Below are positions 32,981 through 35,391 of a DNA stretch of 35,391 nt, piece by piece (within the stretch, counting starts at the first letter, position 1; each line of letters begins with the position of its first letter). Location: contig JAUCBJ010003850.1 in NCBI GenBank assembly GCA_032718475.1, forward strand, positions 1 through 35,391, given 5' to 3'. The notes beneath the pieces were generated by a model. That model searched no databases. It was given only the letters and a program-made list of their open reading frames with translations, and was not told the origin of the DNA. Source of the stretch: Nemertoderma westbladi (Eukaryota > Animalia > Xenacoelomorpha). A program made the translations under genes and the position numbers.

Positions 32981-34403
32981 GCAATGCAATAAGCGAATTA
33001 AGGGACACTAAGGGGGAGCCACCACAACGTAGCTGGGGTTCGCTAGTCTTCAATGTAGTCTACCCTCCTGTTGCCCACGCCTTACAAAGTTACAAAGTTG
33101 TGCTGCAAAACTTGTACTGAGTTAATGGGAAACATGTTGAAAACGTTATCCTTGCCCTGGGATGTCATAGCGCATTGATGACTTGGTGTAGATCTCCTAC
33201 CCCCAGACATATAAACACGTAGTAGAAAACTTTTTTCACATTTTACAATAGAGTTTGGTGGCTGGACGAGGGGGGCTGTGTCGGTATCCTTTGAGGCCTT
33301 CGCTCGACCTGGCCCTGAGACTGCACCGTTGATGAAAGAGGTCATTTAGGATCTGTGATCCCACCAACTCCTCCTCCAACACTCATTAACGTTAATTTTT
33401 AGATCCCCCCCCCCCCCCCCCCAAACAGCCTCAGTTTCTGATTCAATGAAATTATAATTTAACCGGGTTCCAGTTGTGTGCAGTCGTGGTGCCAGTAAAT
33501 TAAAAAAAAGGGGGGGGGGGGGGGTGCAAAAACAATTCTAAGGGGGCGGGGAAAAGCTTACTTGACATTAAGTGGGTGCTTAATTTTTTTAACAGGAAAA
33601 AATTTCCAATTACAATTTATTGCATTTTGAAAATAATTCCTCCTACAGAGGCCTACACAATAAATTTACATACATTTTTTTGATATGCAATAGCAACTAG
33701 AAAGAGGTCGGTATTACAATTCGTTAATGAACTTGAGTGTGATACTAACGGGAAATTTACATGAAGTTGGCGTGGGTTGGCAAGGTGGTCTACTATATAG
33801 TGCACCACGAGCGCCGCCACTGGCTGTGAGCATGTACAGGGAAATAAAGTAATACATTCAGGCAAAATGTATAGTTCGTCATTGTTGTACAAAAGAGGAA
33901 GGTGCCTATAATACTAAGCAACAGCTGTCTTTCCACCCTTGTCAGTTGGTAGGGGAAGCACGACAACTGTATTTATTGCCAATTAATATACAGGTTTATC
34001 AATAGTATTAGGAAGGAACTAACGGTTTAATCAATAACTTAATCTTCCTTGACAACAGTAAGCAGTCTCATCAAAAAATCGATATATGACAAGTTCCCCA
34101 TCTTAATAATTATGATTTGGTAAGTTTGCAGAGTTCAGCCCCTTTTTAACAAGCATTTCATTTCAAATTAGTAGGATATTTACTGGAAGTTTAAGATTAA
34201 CATTTCTATTTGGGGCAATGTATCATCTCATACTAGATCCTAAATTACGTGTGAGATAAGGGTTTATATTAATAGCAAATTATTATAATCGCAAATTTCA
34301 TAATTGCATTCAAATCTGCTCTTTTTAATACTTTCTATCTCAATGAGTATTGAGTACTGGAGTATCCTCTGGGGAGTATAGTACCGGGGGGAGGGGCTGC
34401 AGA

Positions 34404-34450
34404 AATCCCTGGTCTAACTAATGATTGAAGATAATTTACCTTTACTTTTA
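34404..34450 (+). mobile_element. 3' remnant of a SINE related to the one at 22266
   Basis: AATCCCTGGTCTAACTAATGATTGAAGATAATTTACCTTTACTTT resembles AATCCCTGGCCTAGTGGCCGAAGAAAATTTACTTTTACTTT at 22429-22476. Confidence 0.55.
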
Positions 34451-35391
34451 TGTCTAGTGTAATGCCCCTTGGCCGCGCTGTTTTTCTTCTGTTCCCAATT
34501 TTCTATTAATAAGTTATCTTGATATTTGATGAAATAATGTTACCCCACTTTTTTCCTTTACTGTGTTTGTTTTCTAGTAATTTTTGACTCTGCTTTGGCT
34601 GAATTCCATACGAATAAAAATAAAAAAGTACTAAATATTATTATCTAATTATTAAAATGATATATATTGTTACTACATCATGAACATCTCGAGGTGTATC
34701 ATTTAAATAGCCAAAACGATTGTAAATTGCATTCATTCTTATATAATTGCAGGAGGATACTTCAGCTACACTACCTGTTTGAGAGAATGATAGTTGTAAG
34801 ATAATAAACCACATAGAAATAAAGTAGCAGGTGGATGAGAGTTTACATTTGATTATTTACATTTGATTAAAGAAAACATTTGTATGTGTGTAATTCTATC
34901 ATCTTCCTGTCCCAATGCCCCATACATTATTATTTCAAATAAAATAGATTCTATTAGATACTCAAGAAATTGTTTGCATCTTCCTGTAGTACTAATTCAA
35001 CCTTACATAGTCATTGTTATACAGCAAATTGATTTGTTTTGTATATATTAGTTATTGCATTCGCACTACATTTTGATGCATAAATAATTAAGCACACATG
35101 TGTTACAGTACAATGCAATTTCAAATTATAATAAGTATATTACATTATTGATAAAGGAAGACAAAACTACGACCTTTTACATTATAGTGTCATGTTTTAA
35201 CATCCATATTATTGAATAATATGTAATTTCAAGGTTCAACAGCTGTTGGATGAAACGCACTACATCAATGAGTTTGAATTCAAAGGCTTTTATTTGCCAC
35301 CCGCCTGGAAGGAATATTTTATCTATCAATCAAATCAAAATGTTGTGATGAAATTCTGCACATAATGGTAAATGAATAGTAACTGATTATT

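Noticed and set aside
32057-33120. Long ORFs in all six frames
   Set aside because: They are by-products of a stop-free GC-rich 53-bp minisatellite.

Overview
This is AT-rich eukaryotic (metazoan, probably invertebrate) genomic DNA, not prokaryotic. The backbone is an internal part of an alpha-neurexin-like gene on the minus strand. Seven GT-AG exons (30225 down to 6863) splice in frame to 551 codons covering the end of LNS4, LNS5, EGF3 and LNS6; the 5' exons and the TM/PDZ-ligand exons lie outside the window. The introns are filled with repeats: a >6.3 kb 38-bp satellite, 28-, 53- and 63-bp minisatellites, MITEs, a short Helitron, a decayed RTE-like LINE with a nested hammerhead-bearing insert, and tRNA-derived SINEs. 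The most unusual object is a 6.4 kb LTR element (23006-29405) with about 97-98% identical LTRs, a 5-bp TSD and a PPT. It has no recognisable protease/RT/RNase H/integrase and no tRNA PBS. It carries a BEL/Pao-like coiled-coil gag N-terminus, a DEDDy (WRN/EXD/RNase D-type) 3'-5' exonuclease ORF and a triple-CCHC zinc-knuckle ORF, plus a candidate self-priming site. All family assignments come from motif recognition by eye; no searches were run.
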